Source of the DNA: Podarcis vaucheri
Taxonomy: Eukaryota
Assembly: GCA_965113315.1 (NCBI GenBank)
Contig: OZ220365.1
Direction: 5' to 3' (one strand)
Length of the DNA: 64,000 nucleotides
Shown: positions 14,201 through 28,424 of the stretch, one piece after another
How positions within the stretch are numbered: the stretch's first letter is position 1
Layout of the letters: each line of letters begins with the position of its first letter
Notes under the pieces: model-generated
Told to the model about the DNA's origin: nothing
Seen by the model: only the letters and a program-made list of their open reading frames with translations
The model's database searches: none
Translations under genes and position numbers: made by a program

Positions 14201-14869
14201 GAGTTGTAGTTCAACAACATCTGGAAGGCTGCAGGTTCCCATACCTGGTGTAGACAATACTGTGCTAAAATGGCCAGTGCTCAAGGCAGCTCCCTGAGGA
14301 AGTAATAGAGAAGTTGAAGGAACCAAAATGTTACCTGAATTTTTGAATATGACACATATAGGATGAAGGATTGTCCCACCTCAGAAAACATACTGGTCTT
14401 TTGTCAAGCTCATGTAACCAGTTTTCAGGTGCATTTATTTAATGATTTTCTGAGAAAAAGGCAAGCTGCTAAAATAGGAAGGGAGGGGGAGGAAACCATG
14501 GAAAATCCCAAGAAGCTGAAGAGGCAAACTCCAGACAAGTTTGTCCATGAAAGTGAATCACTACATCTTTGCACTATATATATAAAAAAGCTCACTGTAA
14601 ACATTTTCCACCTGTTTAAAAGCCACTTCACCAGCAGAGCTGAGAATCTGGTTTCTAGTATGGATAACAAATAGATAAAGCACTGTGAAGCCAATTTGCT
14701 GTGAAGATGATGTTGATTTTTCCTTTGCACACATCATGACGATAATGTTTCACACAAGATAAAAGGGGAAGATCTCTCTTTTTCCAGTGGTCTTCATCTT
14801 CAACCAGCAGAAATTTCAAAACAGTATTATAAACAATCTAAAATCCATATCTAAAACTCACACACAACA

Positions 14870-15035
14870 CACAAACTGGCAACAAGTGCAGGCATTTTAA
14901 AACAAGGGTTATCTGAGATCTAGATGGAACCCCAGCCAAGATTCTGGCCGCTGCATTTTGAACCACCTGAACTTTCCAAATTGTCCCTGCATGTAAACCT
15001 CTGCATGGATCTGCATGCAATATTGCAGCGTTAAT
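14870..15035 (-). mobile_element. L2-type LINE ORF2 fragment
   Basis: IWKVQVVQNAAARILAGVPSRSQITLVLKCLHLLPV matches the L2 motif LQ.VQNAAAR...ITP.L..LHWLP. Confidence 0.8.
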
Positions 15036-15910
15036 TCACTTGGAGGGACTCCTTTGCTTGAAAATCTCATGCACTTCTGCGAAAAGGCATCAGCATAGCT
15101 GATTTCTGATTCTCAAGTTAGGTCGGGAGTGGCAGAGAAATAGCTTTGGATTTAACAGATCTGATTTGAACCCACATAACTGGAAAACAATAGAAACATC
15201 AAAACCAGATCAAGTTACTTCCTGATGCAGATATAAGGTGACTCTTGTGACCAGTGCACCCTCCAAATAAAAACAGATTTTCCCATAATGGAATCTTCCA
15301 ATACTTTCTACGAACAAAAGTAAAACTGCTGTTTCCCTACTTTTTTCCTCTGTAAGCATAGAATAGTGTTTGAGAGTACTTGTTGACAGTGAGAATTACA
15401 GCTGACACAGAAGTTACTCTAACATTTGCAGTAATCAGCAAATTTTGCACTCAGCTTCCTGGCGAGTTAGAGCAGGCGGGGTTGTCTTTAATATTTCCTC
15501 CATGGTTTCTGAGGATCACAAATGGAAATATACACAGCTGAAAAGGTTTCTCATGTATTGATTCATGTCTGTCACAAAATATATATAATGAGCGAACAGC
15601 TGCCTCAGTGGTCTGCTGTCATTGGCAATCTACAGTGCAAGCAATATGCTGGAGAAGAGGGAGAACTATTAAGCGACCTTAGCATTTTAACCTCAGAATG
15701 TCTAAGTTGTCAGTCAACGGGTGTACCTCACAAACTAATGTTTATCACAGCTTGAAACTCTATCATTGTCAAAAGAGCTGGGCTGCTGCCAAAAATGCAA
15801 TCTTCCATTTTTTTGTAAATTTAATGTTTGGTATTATTAATTCCTAGTGGAGTATGAGGAACGCAAATGTGCTAGTGCTGAGGACCAAAGAACAATAGGC
15901 AGGTTAAGTA

Positions 15911-16141
15911 CAGTGGTACCTTGGGTTAAGTACTTAATTCATTCCGGAGGTCCGTTCTTAACCTGAAACTGTTCTTAACCTGAAACACCACTTTAGCTAA
16001 TGGGGCCTCCCGCTGCTGCCACACAATTTCTGTTCTCATCTTGAAGCAAAGTTCTTAACCTGAGGTACTATTTCTGGGTTAGCGGAGTGTGTAACCTGAA
16101 GCGTATGTAACCTGAAGTGTACGTAACCCGAGGTACCACTG
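15911..16141 (+). mobile_element. Tc1/mariner MITE, family A
   Basis: Same TIRs and internal sequence as the 4515 copy. Confidence 0.85.
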
Positions 16142-17091
16142 TGTCTGCATCTGTGAACTAAATTTGTGTGAGATGCATGCATATATAGAGTCTTTAAAAA
16201 ACAAAAACAAAAATACTCACATTATGCATCACACCAGACATACTTGGTTCAGGGATGGATTCAAAAAATTCCTTTCCTGTGTGTGTGTATCCTCTCTTCT
16301 CTCAGTCTAGTTTTGTTACAGTGGAACTAAACATTGCTAAATCTCCTTGCATCTGCCTGACCCCTAATTCCAACAACAAACCCCTAATTCCAACAACAAA
16401 CCTCCTTGACACATATATAAATTTTAACATTAAAAATACCTATTTTTCTCAATTTAGAGTTGTCTGCCCTCCCCCAAAAGGATACTCATGTGAACCAGCT
16501 TTACATTGTGGCCCATTTGGTTGCTCGACTTTTATAGTTTACTTTTTACTGCTTCCAGCTTCACAATTCATTTTTTTTTTTACATGAAATTTTTGGTATC
16601 TTCTGACCTGGGATTAAGCCGCATTGAACTCAGTGCACTAGCTTCCAAACAGACATGCACATAATCTGTGTTGTCAGTAAGTAATCCAGACTCTCAGCTT
16701 TGTACTTTTGTTGTGTACAAACTTCACACACTTGGCAAGGTGGTATATTATCAATTTTACAAGTTGTGGAGAAATAACCTCTTACAGAGGGATAGTTCTT
16801 GGTCTCCTTTGGAGACATTGGCTCTGAGCCATTTATGAGGGTTATCTGGTAATAAGATGAGTCATAATGAGCCATTCTGCTCCTTTTCCTGCTCACACTG
16901 TGACGATCACCTGTGTTGAAGAAACTTGTGCATCAAGAGAAATGCTTTGAAAAAATGTTTTTACCCTGTGGGGGAGCCATGCTGAATCCAGGTATCAAAC
17001 AAGCTGCTGTAGGTCAAATAAAGCCAAAGCAAAAAGTCAAAGAGTGACTTCCCACTGCCTTGAGAGATGCACATGATATATCAATCACAAC

Positions 17092-17094
<3 letters not shown>

Positions 17095-17136
<42 letters not shown>
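17095..17136. repeat. (GA)n microsatellite
   Basis: Directly visible in the sequence. Confidence 0.95.
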
Positions 17137-17946
17137 CCAACAAGTGCTGGAATGTTATTTGCCTGTCTTCCTTGATTACTGTCATAAGCCCATCAATTGA
17201 AATCAACCACTTTGATTTCATAAATATTGTTTTGAGTTTTGGATTTCCCCCCCCCTGCTGTCCTACTATTTGCTCAATATAATGATTTTTTTTACGATGC
17301 AATGGATCTCATGTGAAAAGATGTTGCTACTCCTTCCCTGTTTGATTGTCAGTAAAAATTTAAAGAAGAGACTACAGCTGGCTGGGACTAAGAAATATAA
17401 TTGACAAAAGCAGCATGAGAAAGGATCTTGCGTGGTTGAGACTGTAGATAAGAAATTATATGAGAAAAGTAGCCAGTCAATAGGAACGCAGCATGTTGTC
17501 TCAAGGATAGCTGAGGCAGAGCGTATTCAGATTGGTTTCACTCTTTCCAAGCTTTTTCAGACAAGATTTAGAAATAGTTTGGGCTCCTTCCTACAATTCT
17601 TTGAAAATTTAGAAATTCATATCCAACCCATTCAGAATGAAAAGGAGGCAAATTCTGTGCCCCTTTCCTTTCACTAAAGAGATCCAACATTCAAAATCCA
17701 TAACCTTTTTGCAATACTTTCTCATTCTTTCAGCTTCTCCGAAATTATTTCAAACAGCAGAAGCATTAGGGGTTGGGAGATCCACAACACAGGGTGAAGA
17801 ACATATTTTGGATTGAGAACCACATAATCAGAGGCCACATTCCGGTACTAGATGGTGCCTAGACCCACACATAATTTCTCATTTTTCCGTTCTCAAATTC
17901 AGCACTTACAGATGTATGTTTGTGAACTTTATTTTAGGGATGTATG

Positions 17947-18383
17947 TGTCAGGAAACTGACATCGGAGCAACAGGAGAAGGAGAGGCTCTCCGATTCTGC
18001 AGGAGAAGGTACCAGCACAAGGGGGAGACGCAGCTTGATAGAGGGGGAAGGAAATCAGCGTAACACCAAGGATCCAGGAGAGCAAATGGGGAAAGAGGGG
18101 AAAGGGCTCCGGGATTCTTCCTTGGACGTCAGTGAAGAGAGCACTGGTCCTCCACTACCCACGCCCTCCCTGCGCAGAAGACTCCCGCGCAGTGAGAGGC
18201 GGAGACGACTGGGAGTCAAACAGCTTTTATGCTGGCAAAGGTTTAAGAAATGCCCACAGACAGATTCTGCTAGCGACTGAGGCAGCCACGCGGAGATGGG
18301 CTGTGCAGTCAAGACGGTTTAACCCAGGCCGTTAAGCTCCCAAACGGGGACAGTTTACGCACGAGTAACTCCAAACCACTACA
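17947..18383 (+). mobile_element. Solo LTR (437 bp)
   Basis: TGT..ACA termini with a perfect 5-bp TSD GTATG (17942-17946 and 18384-18388). GC-rich block in AT-rich surroundings. Confidence 0.75.
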
Positions 18384-19627
18384 GTATGCAAATTTGTCAG
18401 CATTTAATGCGAATTTCTCCTATTATACAATAGGAAATTAATAATATAATATAATTATATTCTATAATACAATACAAAACTACTCTAAGGGAAACAGGGG
18501 TATCCAGACAACTCTCAGCATCCTTAACAAACTGCAATCCCCAGCTTTCTTTTGAAGAAGCCATGACTATTTAAAGTAGGACTGTATGTGTATTTAAATA
18601 CAAATTTATGTACTTGTGTTTTTTTAAAGCACAGATTAGTAACATAAATGGACTTATGATTGAACACTTGCGAAACTGACATGGCCAAGAAATAGATTTA
18701 TCCGTTCATCCATCCATCTTTATGCTAGACAAAGCAGTTTGTTGGCATCATTCATTCAGTGTTTTGTCGGTATGAGATTTGTTGTTGCTGCTGCTTTGCT
18801 CTTCTTCTAATGACTAGTTCACTGAATCTTTCTCTGTCTAATACTTACAGGCGCGCGCACACACACCCCTATCAAACCACAACTCATAAGAATTGGTGGA
18901 GCAAAAATCTCTCATTGCACAAGACCTCTGCTTTTTATGAAAGGGGACTGAGTAATAAAACTAAGAGCATATGACTTGATGAGTACATGGTTACACAAAA
19001 AAACTTCATTAGCCAGAGTTTCCCTTCCCATAAATCTAGTTTTATAAAAGTAGATACCTGAGATGGGGAAATGCATTTTTTTTTTTTTGACAACCAGACT
19101 GTGTATGAGTAACATAATTTTGTGCTTCTATAATCTCTCACTTATTAGTTGCCTAATCGATCTGATGAACCAGAACATTAAAAAACAAAACAAAACCGGA
19201 CATGGGCAAACGGGTAGCTCTGTATCCTCCTTCTCCTCCTGTAGTTAAACCATGCCTAGAAAAAGACAGAATCAGCTTCCTGCATAATATGAAGTAGCTG
19301 GGTAATTAATGAGCAAGCAAACCCTTTCTAATTCTGAAAGCACTATAAAATGTTTCTATCTGCATAGAGCCTTTCTGTCTCTCAGCCGTTATGTGGCTGC
19401 TCAACAGCTTCTAATTAGTCCATAGCAATTAACTCCATCTGACCTCATTATGGTTTGAAGAAGTTTTATTTAAAGTTCATGTTGACTATAGATTAAGGGG
19501 AGGGGGGGAATGCTATGAAAAATATGGAGGAATATATTGCTATTCTTTATCACAATGCTGATGTTCACGCAAATCTGTTTTTCTCCAGTTCCAGACTGAA
19601 AAATACATCCAGCAGGGCATAATCCAC

Positions 19628-19755
19628 CTATAGAATTATATAGAAGGAACCACAAGAGTCATCTAGTCCAAGCCCCTGCAATGCAGTAATCTTTTGACCA
19701 ACGTGGGATGTGAACTCACAGCCCTGAGATTAACAGTCTCATGCTCTACCGACTT
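19628..19755 (-). mobile_element. tRNA-Lys-derived SINE with CR1-like tail (degraded)
   Basis: Minus strand AGTCGGTAGAGCATGAGACTGTTAATCTCAGGG..GTTC..CCCACGTTGG resembles tRNA-Lys(CTT). It is followed by a GGACTAGATGAC..GGTTCCTTC..ATTCTAT CR1-type tail. Confidence 0.7.
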
Positions 19756-20813
19756 GCTCTCAACATGTGAATTATACATCTCGATGTATGATTCACATTC
19801 TGAGTGCTGTTTCACACAACGGCAAACCCACAGTTGCTTCCAGGCCTGTAAGACAGGTGCTTGCAAATGGATTTTTCAGATTCAAAATTAAATCACATTT
19901 GCTACTCCCCTACACCTGCTGCTTGAGACTAGGGATGGGGGAGAGATTTGCTTCAGTTCACTCTTAAAAGTGAAGCATCCCTAATTCATGCTTTCCAAAA
20001 CAATACATGAATCCAAACACAGCTAAATTTGCACTTCTCCAAATTTTACACTGCAGGTCTCTAGCCGAACAATGTGTACACGTACAAATGTCATGTGTGA
20101 ATAAAGCGACACCCACATTTACTGTAGTGCATGTTTGCAATTTTTTTAGCCACTGTTATGCCTTTATTAATGGAAATGTTCACATTCTTCTCAATATTGC
20201 AGTGCAGAACAAAAATATGCCTACCCTATGCAAATTCAATTACTTTTAGTCCTGTTTCATAAGGATTCAGGATCATAGTCTAGGATCAGCATTTTATTAT
20301 TATTATTTCAGACAAAATAGTTTCCTTCTAATCATCTTGGTCAACAAAATCAGCAGTAGGTTGTTCTTTCTCTTTTTCTAATTTCTTAAACTCAAAGATC
20401 CACTTAGTACATATTTGATGGGGTCTTTCAGATAGAACCACATTCTTTCAGTTATTGAAAAGGTGCTGACAAAGCTTTATTTCTAGCTACTTATATTACA
20501 GCTAGAAAAATGGTTTAAAATGATGGGATTATTTTTTATTTGCACCCTAATGTGTCCAAGAAATAAAATGTTCCACTATATGTTAAAGATATATTAGTAC
20601 TTTCACCATTATATCAATTGCATGCATTTCCATAAACAAAAAAGCATTAGGAAGGAAGCTTAAATTGTATACTTCAGAGGACATTTCTGTCTTTGTGAGT
20701 ACCTTGCCACATTTGCTTGACATGAAATTAAGAACTGCAATCTAAATGGTTGAAAATGAGAATGTCACACATTTTTATTTTATCCTATGGCTGTTGAAGG
20801 ATTATTTGCAGAA

Positions 20814-21166
20814 TAGTGGTGCCCCGCAAGACGAATGCCTCGCAAGACGGAAAACCCGCTAGACGAAAGGGTTTTCCGTTTTTGAGCTGCTTCGCAAGAC
20901 GAATTTCCCTATGGGCTTGCTTCGCAAGACGAAAACGTCTTGCGAGTGTTCCGATTTTTTCCGCTTTCCCCCCCTTTTTCTAAGCCGCTAAGCCGCTAAT
21001 AGCCTTTTAGCCGCTAAGCCGCTAAGCCTTTAATAGCCGCTAATCCGCTAAACCGCTAATAGCACTAATCCACTAAGCCGCTAATAAGGTTGCTTCGCAA
21101 GACGAAAAAACCGCTAGACGAAGAGACTCACAGAACGGATTATTTTCGTCTTGCGAGGCACCACTG
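20814..21166. mobile_element. Tc1/mariner MITE, family B, with internal short repeats
   Basis: TIR (C/T)AGTGGTGCC(C/T)CGCAAGACGAA, multiple internal GCAAGACGAA copies, and an AAGCCGCT minisatellite. Confidence 0.8.
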
Positions 21167-24100
21167 TATTAAAAGATCCCAAGCATAACAAGGTATATCA
21201 GGGATACAGAACCACTGCAACTGAAGCCCACTTTTTATTAGTCAAAATGACTCTCTCTTTAGGAATGATTCGCATTTAGGAGGTATGATGGACAAGATGT
21301 GATCGTAATTTGTATATATTACAAGCCACCCAGTGTATTTATACCAGAAAAGGTTCTTTCAGATGGGGAGCAGAAAAAGAAGCAGTTTGCTAGCCCTATG
21401 CTCAACATAGAGGCAACGCCTCTTGTGCTCTGGTTCCTATCTTGTCGTTGGCCTTTTGGGAACCCCCACAGCATGCATTTGTACAGGTAGGCGGGACAAC
21501 CCACCTGTCAGTCCTGTGATATTATATGATTGGCAGGGAGGTAGTCCAACCGAGCTGTCAAAGTGGTTCAGAAAGGTTCCTCACCCCTGGTCTATATCAT
21601 TTGCTGTTTTTGCTGTAACTCTGGGAAGAGAGGATCGAAGCTTATAATGCAGTCATGTAGCAGATTTCTTTATATCCTTGCCATGCTAAATTAGCTCGCT
21701 GCATTTTAGTGTGTGATCCATGCCATCATACAAGAAAATCGTTCACGAGAAGCTATTCCTTTGTCAAACATCTCATTCCACTTCCTCATTAGACATTGCT
21801 TTTTCATAGCTAAAGAATTATAATGAAAAAAGCGTCCTGTAGTTTTGCTAGGCAAACCGTAGGAATGAAAAATCAAATGTTCTGCCTGCTTTTCAAGCGA
21901 GCAGCACTACTACTTCTATTAAACTTCTACTTCCATTAAACTTCTACTTTCATATCCTAAACTGAGATAGCTGGGCCTTGTTGTCAGCATGGTGCTGGGT
22001 AACTAAATCCAAATATTTTAGGGTCAGAGACATATTTCTGAAAACTTTCAACTCTTTCCAGTTTGACCTTCTTTTAAGAAGCAAAAGCGCCACCAACATA
22101 TTCATATAAACATTCTGAGTCTGATCAACTCAAGTATAAACAACACTTTTCTATCCTACATATATCATGCCAGGACTCCCCTTTGAACATCATGCAGACC
22201 TGCGGTTTTATTGCTCCCATTCCTTCTTAATTTTGATCCCACTGACCACTGGTCTACGATACATATAGCACTGAACAAAGTTTGCATGAACTCCACTGAC
22301 ACAAAAAAAAATGGACTGCCAGCTCTCAGACTCTTCCATCCTGGCACGGAAGTCTTGCCTGCTGCTGCTGTAGGCCTGTTTCTGATACCTGAATGCCTGT
22401 TTCATCCAGAATTATTTGGTTGTTGTGCTTTAAGGTCCTCAGACCATTATAGTTTCTTCACTTTGTCAGGCCAAGACTATATCTAACTCACCATTCTGTT
22501 TATGATAAATGGCTTTCCACAAACAGGAAGTTCCAGGAAAGTCCACAAAGGGGGAGGAAGAGAAAGACAGAACCACAAGGGATTGTGATAACAGTGTGGC
22601 TGCTAACCAAGAGCTAAACATATAGGTATCTGTATGTGGTTTTAGGGGAAAAAAGGTAAATGCACAATGTGGGAATGTTTGTCAGGTGCATTGTTTCTGG
22701 TGCTTGACAGGTAGAGCTAGAACTGAGCCAAAATTACTATGAAGACTTTTTTTTGAGACTCTTTTCTTTCTCTCCCTGCTCCATCCACCATCATACCTAG
22801 AAAAAAGAAAAGCCAATTTGCTGAATTTTTCCCTGTTTTGGTTGGTGTCACTATTTTCTACCATCTATGCCCTGGAAATATGCTAGGTTAGGGCACTGTG
22901 GTGCATACAAAATAGCGTCCAGGCTTCACTGCTGCTGCAGCCACCAGCACTACTAATGGTGAGCCACGCTCCAGAATCTATTACAGTTTCTTATTTGCCT
23001 GGATACATTTGATGAAATCCCCCTCCCTTCCAATTTCCTGTACACAGCTAGAGTCAATTATTTTTATAGACCATATGTGGACAGCTCTAGGTAAAGAATG
23101 GCTGCAAAACCTGCTAAATGTTTTTTAATGAATTAGGTAAAGTAAAATGTTTAGATGGTCAGGTCAGTCAGGCTCCATGCAGGCTTGCCCTCCTTATAGC
23201 ATGGGCAGTTCATGTCTCCTTCGATCCCCTCCTCAAATTCTATGGGTAGAACTAGGTAATTCTAGTCTCACCTTTACAGCAAACACAAGTTTAAACTGGA
23301 TAATTAGGAAAACTACTTGGGGCATTGGCGTACTTGGTTGTCTAAGAATCCTCTGCGTGTCTGAATCCTTGTTAAAACAATAACATGAAGTTATTGTTCT
23401 ACAATTTACTGCAGACATTTCCATGTGCCTGAGCATGTGCACATTTGTTTAGCTTCAAACAAAATTTCCTTTACAGGACACTGGCATTAAACATTTAAAG
23501 CTTCCTGAACATCTCTGAAAAGTACACTTCTTTTGTACACAAGTACCTTCCAGCATTTTTAAATTTGAACACAGTATTTTTCTTTATTGATATTGGTATT
23601 ATTTAATTTCTGTATTTAAATTAATTATCTAATGCCAAGATGGCTTCTAAGTGGTTTCCAAAACATAAAAAACACTTGCACAACATGGTTAAAATGCAGA
23701 ATAATGGAAAATACACCAGAATTAAAATACAGAATTAAAAACAATCCCATTGGAAATATTCAAATATAAATGTTCATGATGATTAAAATATGAAACAGAA
23801 TGAAGTTATTTAAACAGCACAGCAATTAAAACAAAAGAGTTAGGGCAAGAGATGTCTTATAAACAGATGCGTTTTCAAAAGCTAGAAGAATGCCAATACA
23901 GATGGTGCTGCTCTCTTCCTTCAGCAGGGTGTGCATTCTTCAACACAAATGCCTCCAGTGAAAAAGGCCACCTCCACCTCACCAGAAACAGATAATCTAA
24001 ACAGCCACTCCTTTCCCCTCTGGTACTTAAGGATTGCCTGAGGTGCTTCCACTTGCCTGAAGTCATAATATTCAGTTGTTGTTCAAAGCACCACATGTGC

Positions 24101-25236
24101 ACCCAGAACTTCCATTGCCACTGATGGCAGGTGAAGCTCCAGAAATATACAGGCTCTTTCCCTGCAAAGTACCATAGCTGAAAATGGGATAGTTCCTGAT
24201 ATACCTGCAAAGTCACACAACTGAATTGTGGAATACAGGATTCATTAAACAAGAGACTTGTTCTTCCATATTTTTCAGAACAGTATCTTCGGTAAAATCC
24301 TTAACAAAAAGCCGACTGGTATCTCATTCTCTCGACAAGAATGGAACTAGCATTTACTCTTTGCTAGAAATCTTTCATTTTTTTTAAAAAAGCACAGAGA
24401 GTAAAAGTGTATTATTTGAAATAAATGACACATGTTACTTATGCATACAATTTTCTACCTCTTTGAAAGGGAGTGCAAAAATAACTATAAATGGGCTTTG
24501 GGCACTTAGTTGTACAATGTGATAAAATAGTGGAAATTAGGTCTGTTGAATTATTGATGATTCAGCCCTAAGAATCGTGATTATTTCTGACCTTTTACAC
24601 TAGTGAAAGGTGCCGTACAGGGAGATAATATTTTTCATGACTGAATGCCAAAAATAATCACCATGTTCCACCTTTTGAAATTATGGACATGAACTTGGTT
24701 TGGGGAGGGGAACTGGAATGGTGCAATTTCACCCTCTTTTATAGGGAAGAAAAGATTTTAGGTAACATAAAAAGTGGGCTATTGATTATGAAAGGTGGAA
24801 AGTCCACTACTCTTCCTTTGTCCTATACAAATGTAATATTTTATATGCAAGTAGAAGATTGATTAGATATAGATATAAAGAGATCTTCACCACTTTGTTT
24901 TTGATACTCTTTTAGTTTGCAAACTGTGCATCCCCATCCCCATTATTTCCACTGTTCACAGTTGAGTGCCTTTGTCTATGTAACCAAAACAGCATAGCTG
25001 ATATGTATAGACATCAGTAGGCTCACGTGAACCCCAAGGTTAGTAGAAGGCCCTTGGGTCAGGTGGCAAGGGGGAGGGTGAAAAGGGAAATGATGAAAGC
25101 GAGAGTTTCATCTGCACCGTCTCCTTCTTCTTCCCTTTTCTTGCCATCCAACCATATTTTATAAGGTTTTAAACCCCTAATTAAGCATGTCAGGTGGAGA
25201 GGAAAGAAAGAGACAATGCAAGCAAGACTCCTTGCC

Positions 25237-25464
25237 TAGTGGTGAAGCTCCATGCTCTGCTACCGGGGGCAGAGAGCAGGCGGGGGCATGATACACCTCC
25301 TGGGGTGTGGTGCGCCACCCAGGAGGATGTGGCATGCATTCTGGGGGCGTGACGCGCCGCCTATGGGGGTGCGGCGCGTGTGCGGAGCGCTGCGATGGCA
25401 CCCTACCGTAATAGTGGTGGTGGGGCTGGTCTGCTCCCTCTGCACTCCCATTCCTCTGCCAGTG
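25237..25464 (-). mobile_element. GC-rich hAT-like MITE related to the 2614 element
   Basis: Termini resemble the reverse complement of the 2614 element. 8-bp flanks TCCTTGCC / TCCCTGTC (6/8). Confidence 0.5.
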
Positions 25465-28063
25465 TCCCTGTCTGCGTTGTCTGATTATCCTCCACATTTG
25501 CTGCCTAACCGCATGTTATATCCTTCTCCCCTTTTTGGCAGCTCTGGATCACTCCTGATAGACCCATTCCCATCCGTGGCTACCTTGACCCAATCTGGAA
25601 GAGCCCTGATTTGTTCCAAATCATCCCAGTTCTATTCAGTGTTTAGCTGGAGAGGTAGCATTGTTCATACCAATCTGAATACTGGTGACTGGAGCGTATG
25701 ACTGGCAAATTGCTATTGTGCTCATGCCTGGAATGTGGGCTTTGAGGCATCTAGTTGGCCACTATGACAACCAATTGCTGGGACTAGCACTGATCCAAAA
25801 GTGCTCTTCATTTAGTGCCGCTACTATTGTCTCTTCCTAATTCACACATCATACATTACATTGCTCATTTGAGTGAAAAGATGTGGATGTTAAAAGTTGG
25901 TTTTACAAAGCCGAAAGTTGGACAATTGCTATACTGTACCTGTTTCACGCCAGTCCGTAACTGAGTACAAATGACAAAGATCCAGGTTTGCAGGTATAAT
26001 TAGTGAGTGTTGGGGAGGAATCTTCATTCATAAGCAAAGTCAGAGAGGTTCCATATCCAGGACCAATATCACTTTCATTTAGTAGTTCAATGCACACTGT
26101 TGAGCTTCTATAACAGACTCTTTATTTCATCAACTAAGTGGTACAAAAACAAAATACAGAAAATGTTCTGCATGGCTGAAGTTAATCAGAACACGTTGGC
26201 TTCAGTACATTAGACTCCAAATAAAGCACAGAGTCAGGTAAGAAAACTATCAAGAACATGGTCACCATCTGTTTCCAAGCAGCAGTTAAAATCAATGTAG
26301 GGAATCTCATATAACATTGTGCTGGTGCAGAGCTTTTAAAATATCAAGATAGCGTAGTGAAGAGGGATTTTGATGTAAAGCACAAATAGGTTCTGCTATT
26401 ATTTTCTCATTCGACTACATAAATAACAGACATAAGTGTGACTAGGAGTTCCTTAAGCTCAGTCAAAAATAGTTTTTGTTTTAAGTATATGCCATGGGTC
26501 AGTGATGGAGTTCAGTCTAGGGGAGAATTCACAAGCTGATTTATCAGGTTCTGGGCAGTGTTGCAGCCAGCACCATGCAAACACAGAGTGGAGGGTTGAC
26601 CCTGATGTCAGCAGCCTTCTGCATGCCAATACAACCCTACACCTTTCCATTATGCTGTTGCATAGTTTTGTCTGCAGTACCGCCCTCACATTTACGGATG
26701 CATCCCACTAAGCACAAGGTAAGTATTAGGAAGGCTCATTCCGGGTCTGACACCTTGCAACAGCTTTTGAGGGTTTCACCTGCTTCACTGGCTGCCACTA
26801 ATACTGACTACTCTGACTGTCTTCAGTCCAAAGACTCTTCAAGGCTTCAACCTTGCAACTTGAGATACTAAATTTAACCTGGGGACTTTTATCTTTAGAG
26901 CATCATCTCCAAAACTGAGCTAGGTCCTCTCTAGTGGTAATGTCTGGATTGCAAGATTCTAATTCTACAATAATTTGATATGAGACAAGCTTTTCCTCAA
27001 CACCACACCTACCGACCTACAAAATGCATTGAATAATCTGGGTGGCTGTAGGTTGAGATCCAATGTGTGATCTAGATCTGGATTTCTGTTAGCATCACTG
27101 CTTAATATTATTTACTTGAAATAATTGTAATAGATCTTCAGATCTGGGACTCATAAAAATGTAACAGTAATAATTTATATGCTGTTATTTAAAGCAATCG
27201 GTTGTCTTGGGAAGATGATCTTTCATCATTAGACTGTTTACTTGTAGCACTGCTTTTCATAATGATAAATGCAAGCAGCTTCCTTTAGAAAAAAACTTTT
27301 TTAAAAAAAAAACATGTGAAATATCAGTTCTAAAATGCAATCTAGATCACAAATTGGAGAAGTCGCATACCACTTTAACAAATAAAATATTTTCATGAAA
27401 GTCTATCTTTTAATATGTCATCCCACTATAAGACCTCACATTAAAAACAGACTTTAATGTGAAATGATTTCATTTATAAAAGTGGTGTTAATTCAAAAAA
27501 ATGTCACCATGATATCAAACCCCATACTGATTAATGCTGGAGATGATACCTCAAAAATTCAAGACACTCAGACTGCTGAGGGCAGAATTATATAATTTGT
27601 CACCTGAGGGTGCAGCTGACATTTCAGGTACCGAATAAATGCTCAAGGGAAATAGAGAATGACGGGTTTGTGAATCCCTATCATATCAAGGAATTTCATT
27701 TTGCATTGCAGGTTTTGTAGTTTTAAGAATGCATGGGAGTTGTAGTTCAACACATTACCCACCTCTGTCTTAGACAACCACTAAATTGACAAATGGTTTG
27801 ACTCAGCTTCGTATGCTATTTGTTAGAAACAAACTAGCACATGGAGTACCTGCTTTTAGCTGATTTCTCCTTAAGCTATGTGAATTTATCAACGCCGAAC
27901 ACTGACAAAGCGTGTTCTCCCTAGCAGAGAGCACGTGTTGCGGTTGGGAACAGGCCACCCTCCTGTGACTAGGCAAATTTAGTTCAATCATGGCCACTTA
28001 AAGGGTTAAATTGGGTTGCTGGGGTGTTTTGAGTGTTACTTTTTTGGAGGAGGGGTCAGAGTC

Positions 28064-28071
28064 TATATATA
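28064..28071 (+). promoter_or_regulatory. Putative TATA box of the YR element internal promoter
   Basis: TATATATA about 130 bp inside the inferred 5' end, preceded by CAATCA (about 27985) and followed by a pyrimidine-rich tract and a CpG island. Confidence 0.5.
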
Positions 28072-28424
28072 CAGGGACCCAACTTTGGCACGGCCTCTTG
28101 GCCGTTTTCCTCGGATCAAGGAGCTCAAAGACGGTTGTATTTGAACCTACCTGAATTCTTAATTCTCGCCCTTATTTCCCCCTTTTACTTCTTTACCTTT
28201 CCCATCTCCTCCCATATTCTCTTACTCTCTCTTCTCCTACTGTTTCCCTTCTTATTCTATTGGTCTGTTTCCTTTCTAGTTTGCTCCTTTCCTTACTGTT
28301 TAACTCAGCCCTGGTTATAATTAGAAGGCTGAGGGTGGGCACCCCCCCCCCGGCCTGGGGTAGGCCTGGGAGGGCAGGCTTGCGGCCGCTTTGGCCCACT
28401 GGAACACCCCCTCCCCGATCGCTA

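Noticed and set aside
16780-16912. Possible minus-strand exon (CAACACAG acceptor, CT|GTAAGA donor)
   Set aside because: No recognisable peptide and no supporting neighbouring exons.
17852-18280. 142-aa ORF
   Set aside because: It straddles the boundary of a solo LTR and has no recognisable domain.
19700-19755. tRNA-Lys gene
   Set aside because: The 5' acceptor stem and D arm are missing, the anticodon and T loop are mutated, and a CR1-like tail follows. It is a SINE head.
20820-21160. Regularly spaced GCAAGACGAA repeats resembling a CRISPR array
   Set aside because: The DNA is eukaryotic, the repeats are about 10 bp and in both orientations, and they lie within MITE TIRs. There are no cas genes.
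26549-26718. Possible host exon (TTATCAG acceptor, AAG|GTAAGT donor)
   Set aside because: The splice-like sites could occur by chance and the peptide is unrecognisable.
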